A DNA stretch of 64,000 nt, from the NCBI GenBank assembly GCA_963662545.2, contig CAXXLL010000003.1:608001-672000 (forward strand), written 5' to 3'. Positions within the stretch are counted from its first letter, which is position 1. Each line of letters begins with the position of its first letter. Position numbers and translations under genes: made by a program. The notes under the pieces were generated by a model. The model was given only the letters and a program-made list of their open reading frames with translations, did no database searches and was not told the origin of the DNA. Positions 39,673-49,485 of the stretch are shown here, in pieces. The stretch comes from Gammaproteobacteria bacterium (lineage in GTDB: Bacteria; Pseudomonadota; Gammaproteobacteria; Ga0077536).

Positions 39673-42090
39673 ATGACCGAAAACAGCCCAAATGCAGTGC
39701 ACGGTTCGAAATCCCTCGCGACCGTATTCAAATCGGATACGACCGAGGCAACCGCCACCGACCGCTACCAAAACGACATCAGCCGCTGCTGGGTCGCGAT
39801 CAACCTGCTGGCGATCGCCGGCGTCAGCGCGGCTTTCCGAAACTCGGTGCCGGTGGTGCTCTTGGCCTCATGGTCGAGCTTCACTCTGCTTAACACGCTG
39901 CTCCATCTTGCCAGCCGCTCGGGATTTATCATTGGTAACGCCGCCGCCCGCAGCAAGTTATTCAATAGTGGAATCGCCCTGGTGTTCGGGCTGTCTTGGG
40001 GCACCGGCGTGGCCGTGCTGCTGCCGCTGTCGGACCCCGTTCAGGCTAGTATCCTTCTCGCCGCCGCGTTCGGTGTTGCCGTCGCCGCCGTTCCGGTCTT
40101 CGCCGAATTCCCCACCTCGTACAACTTCTTCACGGTAACGCTAGGCGCACTGGCAATCGCCGGAACGCTCGCCGACGACCGCTATGTGCTCGCGATCTTG
40201 TGGATCGTTCCTGCTGGCATCACGATCTTAATCATGGCGAGCACCTATTACCGCTCGCTAGAGAACCTACGCAGCATCGTCCACCACTTTCTCGGAGTAG
40301 TCGAAGGCGGTCTGCAGGATACCGATCCACGATCTTATGCCGACCGCGACCTCGCTATTGTCGCGGACATGAAGATCAAAGCGATGAGCAGCGCCTTAGC
40401 CGTCCGCGACCGCAATCGGCGCCTCCTTAGGGCGCTCGGCGACGCAGTTGTTTCGACTGACACGGAAGGCCGCATCGACTACACCAACCCGGTTGCCGAA
40501 GTGTTGCTCGGCTGGACGCACAAGGATCTGGAGGGCCGACCGATCGAAAAACGTATGCGCCTCGTCGTTCCGCCGGACAAAAAGAACATTTCACGAGAAA
40601 TTTTCGACCAGGCACGTCTGACCCGCCGCACGCAAAGTCGCTGTGAAAACGCACAACTGATCCGTAAGGACGGCGTCATCTACGGCATCGATTACGTCGT
40701 AACCCCCATCAAGGATGAATGCGGGAAATTCTCCGGATCGGTTTTTATTATGCGTGACGTTACGGAAAAGCGTCAACGCGCAGAGAGCATCGCGTGGCAG
40801 GCCAAACACGATCCGCTGACCGGTACCATCAATCGTAACGAATTCGAACTCCGCCTGAAGAAGCTCGTGCGTCGCGCGCACGATGAAAACGCCAACGTCC
40901 ACAGCCTGCTCTTTCTCGATATGGACAAATTCAAGTTCATTAACGACAGTTACGGTCACGCTGCCGGTGATTCGGCTCTCAAGGCCATCGCGGGTATTTT
41001 GCGAACGCGGATTCGGGGCGCGGACACACTGGCGCGCGTTGGCGGCGATGAATTCACCGCCCTTTTGTACAGCTGTTCGATCGAAAAGGCGCGTCTCATC
41101 GGCGAAGGTCTGCGCAGCGCCGTCGATAAACACGAGTTCATGTGGCAATCGATCCGGCTGCCGGTTTCGATCAGCATCGGCATCGTCGAGATCAATAAGA
41201 ATTGCAAAAGCGCGGCCGAGATCATCCGCCGTGCGGATTCGGCCTGCTACACGGCGAAGAAATTCGGCCGTAACCGCGTTCACCTGTTCGAGCGCAACCA
41301 GGGAAACGCGAACAAACAGGCTCGGGTATTCGACTACGTCAAGGACATTCAAACGGCCATACACGGCAACCGTTTAGAGTTATTCTATCAGCCGATTTGC
41401 CCGACCGCAGGCGCCCAAGCTTCCAGGCGATGTGAACTCAGCGTCGGGATTCGCAACGGCGAAGGAAATTTCATACCCCGAGGTGAACTGTCCGACCTGG
41501 CGCGCCGCTATCAACTGACCGAAGAGATCGACCGCTGGGTCGTCAAAGCAGCCATCGATGCCTTGCGTCTCAGCCACCCCACGCTTAGCGACATGGAACT
41601 CGTTCTCGTGCCGCTTTCGCAACAGACCCTGTCGGACGATCGCCTTCTCGATTTCATCATTCAAAACGTCAAACAGAATAAGGCCGACAGCAATCGTCTC
41701 GGATTCATTTTCGATGAACCCGGCTTGACCGGGCACCTGGAATACATCCGCTATTTCGTCACGGCCTTGAAGCAGTACGACTGCCACTTCATGGTCAGCG
41801 ACATGGGGTTCGGTAGTGAATCCGTCAATTTGGTCAAATCCCTGCAGGTGGATTTTCTCGGGATCCGCGGGGCTCTGGTCGAAAACATGCTTTACAACTC
41901 GTTCGACTACGAAGTCGTACTGGGATTGACCCGTATTGCGCACAGCCTCGGCATGAAAACCGTCGCCGAAAGTACGGACAGTAAATCGGTGCGCGACGCC
42001 CTGGCGAAAATGGGTGTCGACTACGGCAAAGGGCAGATCAGCGGCGGCCGACGGCGGGTGTCCATCTATAGTGAGGCGCAGTGGATCTGA
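39673..42090 (+). CDS. Membrane PAS-GGDEF-EAL protein (intact GGDEF, degenerate EAL)
   Basis: N-terminal TMs, PAS/PAC, RGAD I-site plus RVGGDEF; EAL motif reads CELSV and the DDFG loop reads SDMG. Confidence 0.92.
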   Translation: MTENSPNAVHGSKSLATVFKSDTTEATATDRYQNDISRCWVAINLLAIAGVSAAFRNSVPVVLLASWSSFTLLNTLLHLASRSGFIIGNAAARSKLFNSGIALVFGLSWGTGVAVLLPLSDPVQASILLAAAFGVAVAAVPVFAEFPTSYNFFTVTLGALAIAGTLADDRYVLAILWIVPAGITILIMASTYYRSLENLRSIVHHFLGVVEGGLQDTDPRSYADRDLAIVADMKIKAMSSALAVRDRNRRLLRALGDAVVSTDTEGRIDYTNPVAEVLLGWTHKDLEGRPIEKRMRLVVPPDKKNISREIFDQARLTRRTQSRCENAQLIRKDGVIYGIDYVVTPIKDECGKFSGSVFIMRDVTEKRQRAESIAWQAKHDPLTGTINRNEFELRLKKLVRRAHDENANVHSLLFLDMDKFKFINDSYGHAAGDSALKAIAGILRTRIRGADTLARVGGDEFTALLYSCSIEKARLIGEGLRSAVDKHEFMWQSIRLPVSISIGIVEINKNCKSAAEIIRRADSACYTAKKFGRNRVHLFERNQGNANKQARVFDYVKDIQTAIHGNRLELFYQPICPTAGAQASRRCELSVGIRNGEGNFIPRGELSDLARRYQLTEEIDRWVVKAAIDALRLSHPTLSDMELVLVPLSQQTLSDDRLLDFIIQNVKQNKADSNRLGFIFDEPGLTGHLEYIRYFVTALKQYDCHFMVSDMGFGSESVNLVKSLQVDFLGIRGALVENMLYNSFDYEVVLGLTRIAHSLGMKTVAESTDSKSVRDALAKMGVDYGKGQISGGRRRVSIYSEAQWI

Positions 42091-42132
42091 GATAGCACTT
42101 TGTCTCACATGCGATTGAATAGCCGAGTCTTC

Positions 42133-43335
42133 TCAGGGAATGCGCCGGATCAACGCACGTGCGATCAAGGGATGCGCGACGAGGGTGAAAATAACGACAC
42201 CATAGACCATCGACTGCACGGTATACCAGGCCTCGAATTCAAGCGGTAGCGACAAAGCCAGCGCAAGAACGATCGCCCCCTTCACCCCGCCGACAGTGAT
42301 CTGCGAGCGCTCGCCCAAGGAAAACTCATCGCCACGGCTCAAGATATTCATACCCGACAAGCCGCTGTTGACCGCCACCACCCGCGCCAGGCTTGCGGCA
42401 GCAACGGCGATCAACATAGCGAGCCAGTGATCGCGGAACATGAACGTAGTGACGGTCGCCCCCGCGATCACAAACAAAACGACGCGCGCGGACCACCCGA
42501 GCACATGTACGGTCGCACGTTCAGTCTCGTTTCCCCAACCGGGGTGGGAGATCGTCATCAAGGTCGCAATGAGTACCGCAATCGCGCCCGAGCCTTCAAC
42601 GAAATACTGGCACACGATGAACGCGCCGAACGCAATAGAAGCCGCAGCCAACGCACGGGCCGTACCGGCCGCGACCACACGGACCACGATCCAGCCGAGC
42701 CCACCCGCGATGAGACCGACGGCAATACCGCCGGCCGCCGACCACAAAAATATCCGGCCAGCCGTCAGGAAATCGATGTGCTTCACACCCATTAATGCGT
42801 CGTCGAGGAATACTGCGAACAAGGTGACAGCCAGCACGTCGCTGATCACGCTCTCTCCTTCGAGCAGCACGGTGCTCCGCTGATAACGTAGGTCAACGCC
42901 GGAAATGGCGATCACTTCGCCGGGATCGGTACCGACCAGCAGGGCCGCCGCAAGAAGCGCGGCGCTCAGGGGAAAACCGGCGGGATGGCCGACTGCGTAA
43001 TAGATCAACACAGCAGTTAGACCGGCCCCGGCTAAGAGCACCGGACCAGCCATCAACGCGATGACGCGCCACTCGCGCAGCAGTGCTGCGCGATTCAGCC
43101 GCGAGGCCGTATCGAAGATCAGAAACGGAATCAGTAGGTAGAAAACGAGGTCGTGGAAATTATACCAGCGCAATCCTGTGTCAATGCCGAGGTGTACCAG
43201 TGCCTCTGACGCAAGGAATCCGGCGATCATCAACATCAGATTCAAGGGCAGGCGGTAACGAGAAGCAAGCGGCTCGAGCAGTGCGCCCGCGATCAGCGCC
43301 GCAGTGAAGTAAAGACTGGCATCGAGCAGGGACAT
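42133..43335 (-). CDS. Cation:proton antiporter (CPA1/NhaP-like)
   Basis: Many TMs, GTDP, LEGESVISD, GGVKGA.LALALSLP. Confidence 0.88.
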   Translation of the reverse strand: MSLLDASLYFTAALIAGALLEPLASRYRLPLNLMLMIAGFLASEALVHLGIDTGLRWYNFHDLVFYLLIPFLIFDTASRLNRAALLREWRVIALMAGPVLLAGAGLTAVLIYYAVGHPAGFPLSAALLAAALLVGTDPGEVIAISGVDLRYQRSTVLLEGESVISDVLAVTLFAVFLDDALMGVKHIDFLTAGRIFLWSAAGGIAVGLIAGGLGWIVVRVVAAGTARALAAASIAFGAFIVCQYFVEGSGAIAVLIATLMTISHPGWGNETERATVHVLGWSARVVLFVIAGATVTTFMFRDHWLAMLIAVAAASLARVVAVNSGLSGMNILSRGDEFSLGERSQITVGGVKGAIVLALALSLPLEFEAWYTVQSMVYGVVIFTLVAHPLIARALIRRIP

Positions 43336-43427
43336 CTTCGAACGAACCGGTCAAGGTAACGGCGTAATGTGCCGGCGCAGCGCCGGCCGACAACGCTAAT
43401 GCCCCGCCCGATTCCAGGTGCCGGAGA

Positions 43428-44072
43428 TCAATGCGGGGCGGGTATGCGGTACTTGCGGGCAATCCAGTAATCGACGCTCAGGTAGCGCCCGCCGCCAAGA
43501 AAAAAGAGCGCCATCAGCATGATGAAATAAGTCGCCGCCCATTCGATCCCGTTGTTCAACGACACCAGGCTGCCGTGCTCGGTGAGCCAATCGTAATTGC
43601 CGTGTTCCTCGAGGATGGATTTGGCGCGATGCAGACGGTCGATCGCAGCTTCGGCATTGGCCGAAGGATAGGGACTCTTGAGGTCGTGCAAGGCTTGCCA
43701 GCCATTGTCCAAATGAACCGTAGTCATCGCTATGATCATGGTGAACATGAGCGGGATGCAGGTCCAACGCACTGCGACGCCCAAGGCCAGCGCGATCGCG
43801 CCGAGATATTCCGCCGCCCAGGCCAAAATCGCCAGCAACATCGGGGCCGGAAGTCCCAGACCCCAGTCGGGATTGCCAAACCAGTTCGCGATGTCCTCAA
43901 GGCCTTTGACGGGATTGAATGTCCCGCCTTCGGCGAAGGGATCCCACTTGTTGCTGCCCGCCAGAAAGAATACCGGGACCAGGTAGATGCGCAGTAAAAT
44001 CGGTCCGACGAAATCGACGGAACGGACTAGATTGAGTAGATCCTGCGCCTTGTTCAGGCGATTGATCAGCAT
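43428..44072 (-). CDS. DoxX-family membrane protein (HvfX-like, RiPP-associated)
   Basis: LRIYLVPVF, WFGNPDWGLGLP, TVH..NGW, NNGIEW, GGGRYLSVD. Confidence 0.85.
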   Translation of the reverse strand: MLINRLNKAQDLLNLVRSVDFVGPILLRIYLVPVFFLAGSNKWDPFAEGGTFNPVKGLEDIANWFGNPDWGLGLPAPMLLAILAWAAEYLGAIALALGVAVRWTCIPLMFTMIIAMTTVHLDNGWQALHDLKSPYPSANAEAAIDRLHRAKSILEEHGNYDWLTEHGSLVSLNNGIEWAATYFIMLMALFFLGGGRYLSVDYWIARKYRIPAPH

Positions 44073-44087
44073 ACCGATTGTTCCCTC

Positions 44088-45752
44088 CTAGCTCACTGCC
44101 GCACTGGGCTGGACGAGTTCGCCCAATCTCTCGTTCAGCAGCATGTTTTCACGGTAATCAACCGGCACGACGACCAGGCTCGGTCCGCCTTCCTCCAGCG
44201 CCTGCGCCATGACGCTGGAAAAATCCGCGCTGCGCTCTACGCGATGTCCGTTCCAGTCAAAGGCGCGCGCCAGGGCGAGCCAGTCCGGATTGCCGAATGA
44301 GAGATCCGTGTGCCTGCCGAACTGCGATTGCTGCTTCCACGCAATCAGACCGTATTCGCCGTCCTCCCATACGAGCATAACGATATTGGCATCGAGCCGC
44401 CGCGCGGTTTCCATTTCCTGCACGTTCATGAGGAATCCCGCGTCCCCCGCGATGCCGACGACGCGGCGATCGGGATGCACCAGACTCGCGGCGATGGCCC
44501 CGGGAAGCGCGAATCCCATCGAGCAGAAACCGTTGGGAATGAGGCAGGTGTTCGGTTCGTGGCAATGATAGTGGCGCGCGATCCACATCTTATGCGCACC
44601 CACGTCCGACAGCACGATAGCATCCGCTGCTAGCAGCGCCCGCAAGTCGTAAAGCATTTTCTGGGGACGGAGTGAGCCTTGAGTGTCATCGTCGGCGTGC
44701 AGGGCAAGTTCTTCGCCCATGCGCGTGCGAATGTCCGCCTGACCCGTGAGGTCGTAGTCAGGCAGGCCACGGCTCGCAACGCGTTCGTTCAGCATCCACA
44801 GCGTGTGCGCCAGATCGCCCACCAGTTCAACGTCGGGATTGTAATGCTGGTCGATCTCCGCCGGCAGGAAATCAGCATGAATGATCGACTTCTCGGCCTT
44901 CGGATTCCACAGGTGCGGGTGGTATTCGACCATGTCGAAACCCAAGGTGATGACGAGGTCGGCCGCGTCCACGGCGAGCGTCGGCAGATCCTTGGCGCCG
45001 AGGCCAATGGTATAGAGGCAGTAAGGCGCATCCATGTCGACCGCGCCCTTGGCCATGAAAGTCGAGAGCACGCCGATTCCGGTCGCCTCGCAAAAGATCC
45101 GCAGCTGCTTGGACGCCCGTTTTCGAATCGTCCCATTACCGGCGATGATCACGGGATTCTTCGCCGCACTCAGCATTTCGAAGGCGCGATCGACGATCTT
45201 ATCGTCCGGGCCCGGCCGTCGAAACCGCTTGGGCTGGATCGGGCGCTGGTCGGTATCGTGCTTGGCGATGTCTTCCGGCAATTCGATGAGCACGGCGCCG
45301 GGTTTCTCGGTCAGGGCGACGCGAACGGCCTTGCGCACGATCTCGGGAATGGTGTTGGCATTGGCAATCGTCGTCGCCCATTTGGTGGCTGGCGTGAACA
45401 TCTCGACTACGTCCATGATCTGGTGCGATTCCTTGTGCAGCCGCTCGGTCGAACCTTGTCCGGTCAACACCAGCAGCGGCGCTCGATCCATGTTGCCGTC
45501 GGCGACACCGGTGATGAGATTAGTGGCGCCGGGTCCGAGCGTGCCGAGACATCCCGAGACAGCGCCGGTCAGGCGACCGTAGACCTCGGCCATGAAGGCG
45601 GCCCCCTGCTCGTGACGCGTCAACACGAAACGAATGCGTTCCGAGCGTTCCAGCGACATCATGAAGTCGGCGTTTTCCTCGCCTGGTACGCCGAAGATGT
45701 ATTCGATGCCTTCCGCTTCAAGGCATTGGACCAGGAGATCGGATGCTTTCAA
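44088..45752 (-). CDS. Acetolactate synthase-like TPP-dependent enzyme
   Basis: FGVPGEEN, RHEQGAAFMA, GDAGFLM. Confidence 0.92.
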   Translation of the reverse strand: MKASDLLVQCLEAEGIEYIFGVPGEENADFMMSLERSERIRFVLTRHEQGAAFMAEVYGRLTGAVSGCLGTLGPGATNLITGVADGNMDRAPLLVLTGQGSTERLHKESHQIMDVVEMFTPATKWATTIANANTIPEIVRKAVRVALTEKPGAVLIELPEDIAKHDTDQRPIQPKRFRRPGPDDKIVDRAFEMLSAAKNPVIIAGNGTIRKRASKQLRIFCEATGIGVLSTFMAKGAVDMDAPYCLYTIGLGAKDLPTLAVDAADLVITLGFDMVEYHPHLWNPKAEKSIIHADFLPAEIDQHYNPDVELVGDLAHTLWMLNERVASRGLPDYDLTGQADIRTRMGEELALHADDDTQGSLRPQKMLYDLRALLAADAIVLSDVGAHKMWIARHYHCHEPNTCLIPNGFCSMGFALPGAIAASLVHPDRRVVGIAGDAGFLMNVQEMETARRLDANIVMLVWEDGEYGLIAWKQQSQFGRHTDLSFGNPDWLALARAFDWNGHRVERSADFSSVMAQALEEGGPSLVVVPVDYRENMLLNERLGELVQPSAAVS

Positions 45753-47269
45753 GCGCGCTGCTCCTCTAAATCCAGCACCGCGAGTGATTTCACGTCGGGA
45801 TAGAGTTCGTTCAAAGGCACCGAACGACCCGTCGACTGCACGATGCGGCAGTGAAAACGCTTCAGCCGGCGTGGCTCCGTCACCCCGCAGGAATGCGCGA
45901 TGACGCCGAGTTCATGGTGCATATGTTCCGCATAGCGGCGTACGCGCTCTGCCTTGTCGCCCGGGTCCAGCCCGCGCTGCAGGCGTTTGTCGTGCGTGGT
46001 GACACCGGTGGGACAGGTATTTTTATTGCACTGGAGCGCCTGGATGCAACCCAATGCAAACATGAAACCGCGCGCCGATATGACGAAATCCGCACCCGTG
46101 CAGATCGCCCAGGCAACTTCCGTCGGATTGATGAGTTTGCCGCTGGCGACGATCTTGGTGCGATCGCGCAAGCCGTATTCCTTCAGTTTGTCGACCACCA
46201 TCGGCAGACTCTCGCGCAAGGGCAGGCCGACGTTGTCGATGAGGCTCATGGGTGCCGCGCCGGTGCCGCCGTCGCCGCCATCTACGGTAATGAAATCCGG
46301 GGCACTGGAAAAACCCCGCTCATGGATTTCCAAGAATAGTTTTTCGAGCCAGCCGTATGCACCGATGACCGTCTTGAAACCCGTCGGCTTGCCGGTCACG
46401 CGGCGGACGCGATCGATCATATCGAGTAGGTCGCTCTCACTGTTTATCTCCACATGGCGGTTGGGGCTGATCGATGCCTGGCCCTCGGGGATACCCCGGA
46501 TCGCGGCGATCTCGGCCGAGACCTTTTCTGCCGGCAGAATGCCGCCCTTACCAGGCTTCGCGCCCTGCGACAGCTTGATCTCGAACATGCGGACCTGATC
46601 GTGGGCGGCGATTTGGCGGAGCTTTTCGTCCGACAGGTTACCCGCCTCGTCGCGCACGCCGTACTTGGCCGTGCCGATCTGAAAGACAATATCGCCGCCA
46701 CCCTCGAGGTGAAACGACGACAGAGCGCCCTCGCCCGTGTTCATCCAAATCCCGGCCATGCGCGCGCCGTTGGACAGGGCCAGGACCGCCGGTCGCGAAA
46801 TCGCGCCGTAACTCATACCGGAAATGTTGAACACCGAGTTCGTTTTGTAAGGGTATTCACAATCTGCGCCGATCGTGACTTCGCGCGGCTGCGCGGCGTC
46901 CTCATCCAGCGTGGGGTAGGGACAGTTGACGAAAATGACCGTGCCGACCGGCCTTAGATCCCGCGTCGAACCGAATGCCACCGTGCTGTCCACGCCCTTC
47001 GCGGCGCGATAAACCCACGAACGCTCCGCGCGGTTGAAGGGCATCTCCTCGCGGTCCATCGCAAAAAAATACTGGCGAAAGAATTCCCCCAGACCTTCGA
47101 ACACGTAGCGCAATCGCCCCATCACGGGATAATTGCGCCGCACAGCCTGCTTGGTTTGCGTCACATCGATGATGTAGATGACGACCAGCGATACCAGGCC
47201 GAGACCGAGAAGAAAGATGAAGAGCGCGGCGAAACCGTCGATCACGGTCATGAATGCTGATGAGTTCAT
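45749..47269 (-). CDS. FMN-binding glutamate synthase family protein
   Basis: MSYGAIS, NTGEG, EIKLSQGAKPGKGG, CIQALQC...CP; N-terminal TM. Confidence 0.92.
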   Translation of the reverse strand: MNSSAFMTVIDGFAALFIFLLGLGLVSLVVIYIIDVTQTKQAVRRNYPVMGRLRYVFEGLGEFFRQYFFAMDREEMPFNRAERSWVYRAAKGVDSTVAFGSTRDLRPVGTVIFVNCPYPTLDEDAAQPREVTIGADCEYPYKTNSVFNISGMSYGAISRPAVLALSNGARMAGIWMNTGEGALSSFHLEGGGDIVFQIGTAKYGVRDEAGNLSDEKLRQIAAHDQVRMFEIKLSQGAKPGKGGILPAEKVSAEIAAIRGIPEGQASISPNRHVEINSESDLLDMIDRVRRVTGKPTGFKTVIGAYGWLEKLFLEIHERGFSSAPDFITVDGGDGGTGAAPMSLIDNVGLPLRESLPMVVDKLKEYGLRDRTKIVASGKLINPTEVAWAICTGADFVISARGFMFALGCIQALQCNKNTCPTGVTTHDKRLQRGLDPGDKAERVRRYAEHMHHELGVIAHSCGVTEPRRLKRFHCRIVQSTGRSVPLNELYPDVKSLAVLDLEEQRA

Positions 47270-47299
47270 TGGCATCTCCCAATCAGGACAGGTATTTAG

Positions 47300-47437
47300 T
47301 ATCCATCCAGCAAGAATAATTCTCGCCAAGACGCAAAGATCGCAAAGTGATCAATGATTGTTATTAAAATTAGACCAACCGTTTTCTTGGCGTCTTTGCG
47401 CCTTTGCGAGAGAAATATTGCTGTTTATGGACGGATA
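47300..47437. mobile_element. MITE family C (138 bp) with ISNCY-type ends and an internal CGCAAAG palindrome
   Basis: Right end CTGTTTATGGACGGATA matches the IS right end CTGTTTATGGACGGACA at 16/17; left end TATCCATCCAGCAA; internal arms at 47321-47347 and 47386-47413. Confidence 0.75.
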
Positions 47438-47441
47438 TTAA

Positions 47442-48215
47442 TTAGCGTCCCGCAAGCTTTCGGAATCCCAATACGATGTCTTTATCAACGAACATCTGCA
47501 GAATGGACCTGCCCCCCTCTATAACGGCGGCTGGATCCGGACGCTTGAGTTCCCCCGCGATCATCTCGAGCATCGCGCGTGAAGATTGGGGGCGGTCCGA
47601 AAGAATGAGATCCAACAGGCGCGCAGATACCGCATTTAACTCCATAAAGCTCACATCGTCCCGGCGGTCGCGAAACACGACGAGATAGGTCGGCTCGTCG
47701 GGAGGCGTCTGCGGTTGCTGGTCGGGGCTGATCCGGTGCACTGGAAACGCGTAAACCTGCGGTCGCACGACAAAATTGGGCACCGGACACCCGTCGAGTA
47801 AATCGGCTGATTCTTCGACTTGCGAATCGTCCAGTTCGCGCGTGTCAAGCGACACTTCGACCTCGAGCCATTCATAGTGCGCGAGTTCGCGCATGAAAGG
47901 CGGATCAAGCGGATCGTCCCGCTCGTCTGCCAGATACTGCAAGAATTCTTGGGGCATTCTCGGGAACAGGGCGGTGCGCGCCTGGTGCCGCGAGAAATAA
48001 TCCCGGATCATCGCGTGCCAAGGTTCGTCGGCAATGATGCTGCGCAGCACGGGGAAGGCATTCGACATGAAACCTTCGACATTCTTGTAGAGGAGTTCCC
48101 GGTAAATACCCAGGCGTCTATCCTCGACGTCCGAAGGTCCCGGACAGCGTTCCGGGTCGCGCATGTGCGCCGTGAACTGGTATTGCAGATCGAAGAACTG
48201 TGGCCTAGCCGGCAT
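47442..48215 (-). CDS. DUF2063 RiPP-partner protein (HvfC/BufC-like)
   Basis: F.AHMRDP, RRLGIYREL, FPVL, ELAHYEWLE; follows DUF692. Confidence 0.9.
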   Translation of the reverse strand: MPARPQFFDLQYQFTAHMRDPERCPGPSDVEDRRLGIYRELLYKNVEGFMSNAFPVLRSIIADEPWHAMIRDYFSRHQARTALFPRMPQEFLQYLADERDDPLDPPFMRELAHYEWLEVEVSLDTRELDDSQVEESADLLDGCPVPNFVVRPQVYAFPVHRISPDQQPQTPPDEPTYLVVFRDRRDDVSFMELNAVSARLLDLILSDRPQSSRAMLEMIAGELKRPDPAAVIEGGRSILQMFVDKDIVLGFRKLAGR

Positions 48216-48218
48216 TTT

Positions 48219-49070
48219 TCAACACCGTCGCGCTGCGGCCGAAGGGGCTCGAGCCGCCTCCTGCAGGTCACCGATACGATCGACTTCGAGCAGCAGCTCG
48301 TGCAGCGGCGGAAAGTTGAAATCGCGCTCCAATAAGGTCGGAAATACGCCGAAGTGATGGTAAGCCTCGCCGAGGAGTGTCCATACCGGATCGATGACGT
48401 CGGCACCATGGGTGTCGACGATCAGATCCTCGGCTTCATTGTAATGGCCGGCTGTGTGGCCATAGGCGATGCGCTCCGCCGGTAAGGCCTTTAGAAACGC
48501 CCTCGCGTCGTATCGATGGTTAACGCTGTTGACATAGATATTGTTGATGTCGAGCAGAAGCTCACAGTCGGCGCGTTCGAGCACCGCGGTGATGAACTCG
48601 ATCTCGGTCATTTCCGCGCCGGGCGCGCAATAGTACGAGACGTTTTCGATGGCCAGGCGGCGGCCGAGGATCTCCTGTGTGCGCTCGATCCGCTCGGCCA
48701 CGTATGCGACCGCTTCCTCGGTGAACGGGATCGGCATCAGATCGTAGAGATGGCCATCGTCCGCACAGTAGCTCAGGTGCTCGCTGTAGCAACGCACGCC
48801 GTGCTCGTCGAGAAATTGTTTGACCCGCTTGATGAACGGTTCATCGAGCGGCGCGGGCCCGCCGATGTTCAGTGACAGCCCGTGGCAGACGAAGGGTGCG
48901 CGTTCGGTAAACTGCCGGAAGCGCCGGCCCTGATGTCCGCCGATATCGATCCAGTTTTCGGGCGCGACCTCGAAAAAATCGATATCAGCGCCAGGGTGAT
49001 CTTCCAGCGGGCGCATCAGCGCCCGCCGGAGACCCAGTCCTTTACCTTCGACAGCGAAGGTAGGAGACAT
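48219..49070 (-). CDS. DUF692 multinuclear non-heme iron oxidative enzyme (HvfB/BufB-like)
   Basis: GLGLRR, EVAPENW, HGLSL, SEHLSY, IENVSYY, LDINNIYVN, H.AGH, DTHG, LERDFN. Confidence 0.95.
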   Translation of the reverse strand: MSPTFAVEGKGLGLRRALMRPLEDHPGADIDFFEVAPENWIDIGGHQGRRFRQFTERAPFVCHGLSLNIGGPAPLDEPFIKRVKQFLDEHGVRCYSEHLSYCADDGHLYDLMPIPFTEEAVAYVAERIERTQEILGRRLAIENVSYYCAPGAEMTEIEFITAVLERADCELLLDINNIYVNSVNHRYDARAFLKALPAERIAYGHTAGHYNEAEDLIVDTHGADVIDPVWTLLGEAYHHFGVFPTLLERDFNFPPLHELLLEVDRIGDLQEAARAPSAAARRC

Positions 49071-49095
49071 TGATGTGTCTCAAATCAAGCCGCGC

Positions 49096-49485
49096 TCAAC
49101 CGCCGCACTTGCCTTCGCCACATTTGCCTTCCTTCTCCATGGCTTTGTCTTTCTTCTCCATGGCCTTGCCTTCGCCACACTTGCCTTCCTTCTCCATGGC
49201 CTTGTGTTCTTTCTCCATGGCTTTACCTTCGCCCTCCATGGTCTTGCCCTCGCCGCACTTGCCTTCACCGCATTTACCTTCCTTCTCCTTAGCGGCCTTG
49301 CCTTCGCCGCATTTACCTTCACCGCACTTACCTTCGGCGCTGTCGGCAACCATATAACCGCTGGTGAATGCGGTCGCTGAAAAAGGATTGTCATTTGCAT
49401 TTGCCAGCGGGGACGCCGCCAAGGTGACCGCGAAGGTGGCGCCAAGCGCTGCAGCGATTGGCTTGAGGTGGTAATTTTTACCCAT
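49096..49485 (-). CDS. HvfA-type RiPP precursor: signal peptide plus 7 EGKCG repeats
   Basis: SD CAGGAG, ATG 49485; signal peptide, NPF motif, EGKCG x7 with KAMEK spacers; 129 aa. Confidence 0.93.
   Translation of the reverse strand: MGKNYHLKPIAAALGATFAVTLAASPLANANDNPFSATAFTSGYMVADSAEGKCGEGKCGEGKAAKEKEGKCGEGKCGEGKTMEGEGKAMEKEHKAMEKEGKCGEGKAMEKKDKAMEKEGKCGEGKCGG

Noticed and set aside
44679-45803. Long antisense ORFs (also 32026-33285, 53093-54007, 19781-20650)
   Set aside because: Shadow frames of real genes, expected in GC-rich DNA; no recognisable motifs.
49100-49340. Repetitive DNA resembling a CRISPR array
   Set aside because: Repeats are codon-phased EGKCG/KAMEK coding units with no unique spacers and no cas genes.
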